Source of the DNA: Octopus bimaculoides
Lineage: Eukaryota
Length of the DNA: 34,892 nt
Reading direction: 5' to 3'
Assembly: GCF_001194135.2 (NCBI RefSeq)
Contig: NC_068982.1
Coordinates: 149,541,365-149,576,256, forward strand
Notes under the pieces: generated by a model
Told to the model about the DNA's origin: nothing
Databases searched by the model: none
Seen by the model: only the letters and a program-made list of their open reading frames with translations
Program-made: the position numbers and the translations under genes
Shown: positions 33,740 to 34,892 of the stretch, piece by piece
Layout of the letters: each line of letters opens with the position of its first letter
Numbering within the stretch: the stretch's first letter is position 1

Positions 33740-33898
33740 CATGAAGGGCTTCTTTCAGTTTTCATCAGCCAAATGCACTCAGGAGGCTTTGGTTGGCCCA
33801 GGGCTACTAGGACTATAGTAAGAGACATCTGCCCAAGATGCAGTGGGACTGAACCTGCGACCATTTGTTTGGAAAGCAAACTTCTTGACCACACAGGT
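33740..33898 (-). mobile_element. SINE family A, 5' half
   Basis: GGGCTTCTTTCAGTTT, GGGACTGAACC, GGAAAGCAAACTTCTT. Confidence 0.8.
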
Positions 33899-34566
33899 AA
33901 ACGAGTTCTAGTTATTGCTGAAGAAACAAAAAGTCATCTGTGTTATGCCTACTCACCACTAAATGGACAACATAGACAGAAAAAAAATTGGAAATGAAAT
34001 AAAGGAAATGAAATAGAGGAAATGAGTTGAGATTCAACATGTTTTCGCTCTGGCTATCATCACATCTTTTCTCCAATGATATTGCAAGTTTTCAGAAAGC
34101 AGACTGCCATTTCAGAATTGGCATCAGTCGTTGTTGCAGACATTCTAAATTCAGACACAAATACTGTAACATTCTACTTGATTTCATATTCAGCTATGCA
34201 TTTATTTTGGGTTTGTTTTTTTGTTTTTTTTTTGTTTTTTTGTTCTGTCAGTATTTTTTTATATTAAAAGCTATTCATGAAAAGAATTGTTTGATTAAAA
34301 GCAAAGATTTTTATAAATAATAAAATAAGGTGTCCATAATAAATATGTGGCTGCTGATAGAAGATTAAGATTTTCTTTATTGTGCTTTCTTTCAAAGTTC
34401 TTTCTCTATTTGTATTAAAAATACATTTTTTTTTAGGATAGACGGAAACAGAGTATCTGTGGTCATGTCAAAGATGTAATATAAAATAATATATTGGTAT
34501 CTAATAATATATATCACTGTAATTAGAAAATAATGATGATAATGATAATAATAATAATAATAAAAA

Positions 34567-34892
<326 letters not shown>

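Noticed and set aside
34076-34320. Short overlapping ORFs in non-repeat sequence
   Set aside because: No strong splice signals or recognisable domain; they end in a poly-T tract.

Overview
AT-rich, repeat-saturated eukaryotic genomic DNA with four N gaps. The repeat families (tRNA-derived SINEs, RTE tails ending in (GAT)n) look like octopus/coleoid cephalopod by recall; this is inference, not a search result. No host protein-coding gene could be recognised, and nearly all ORFs in the track come from microsatellites, SINEs or N gaps. Decayed autonomous elements: a D34D mariner with TIRs (6280-7545), a Penelope-like GIY-YIG fragment, two CR1-type LINE 3' fragments, RTE-clade fragments of two families, and a restriction-like-endonuclease (R4/NeSL-type) LINE relic. 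Non-autonomous elements: three tRNA-derived SINE families (called A, C, D here), hAT and piggyBac-type MITEs, and an unclassified repeat (E). Best leads: (1) a degenerate minimal hammerhead ribozyme motif at 29689-29723 in a Penelope-LTR-like cassette; (2) a CR1-type LINE 3' end sharing its tail and terminal hairpin with SINE A; (3) a non-repeat 39-bp-arm pre-miRNA-like hairpin at 16226-16331; (4) two hAT MITEs in tandem at one TCTAGA target; (5) a 205-bp inverted duplication tied to a 348-bp tandem dimer; (6) isolated exon/microexon candidates. All alignments were done by eye.
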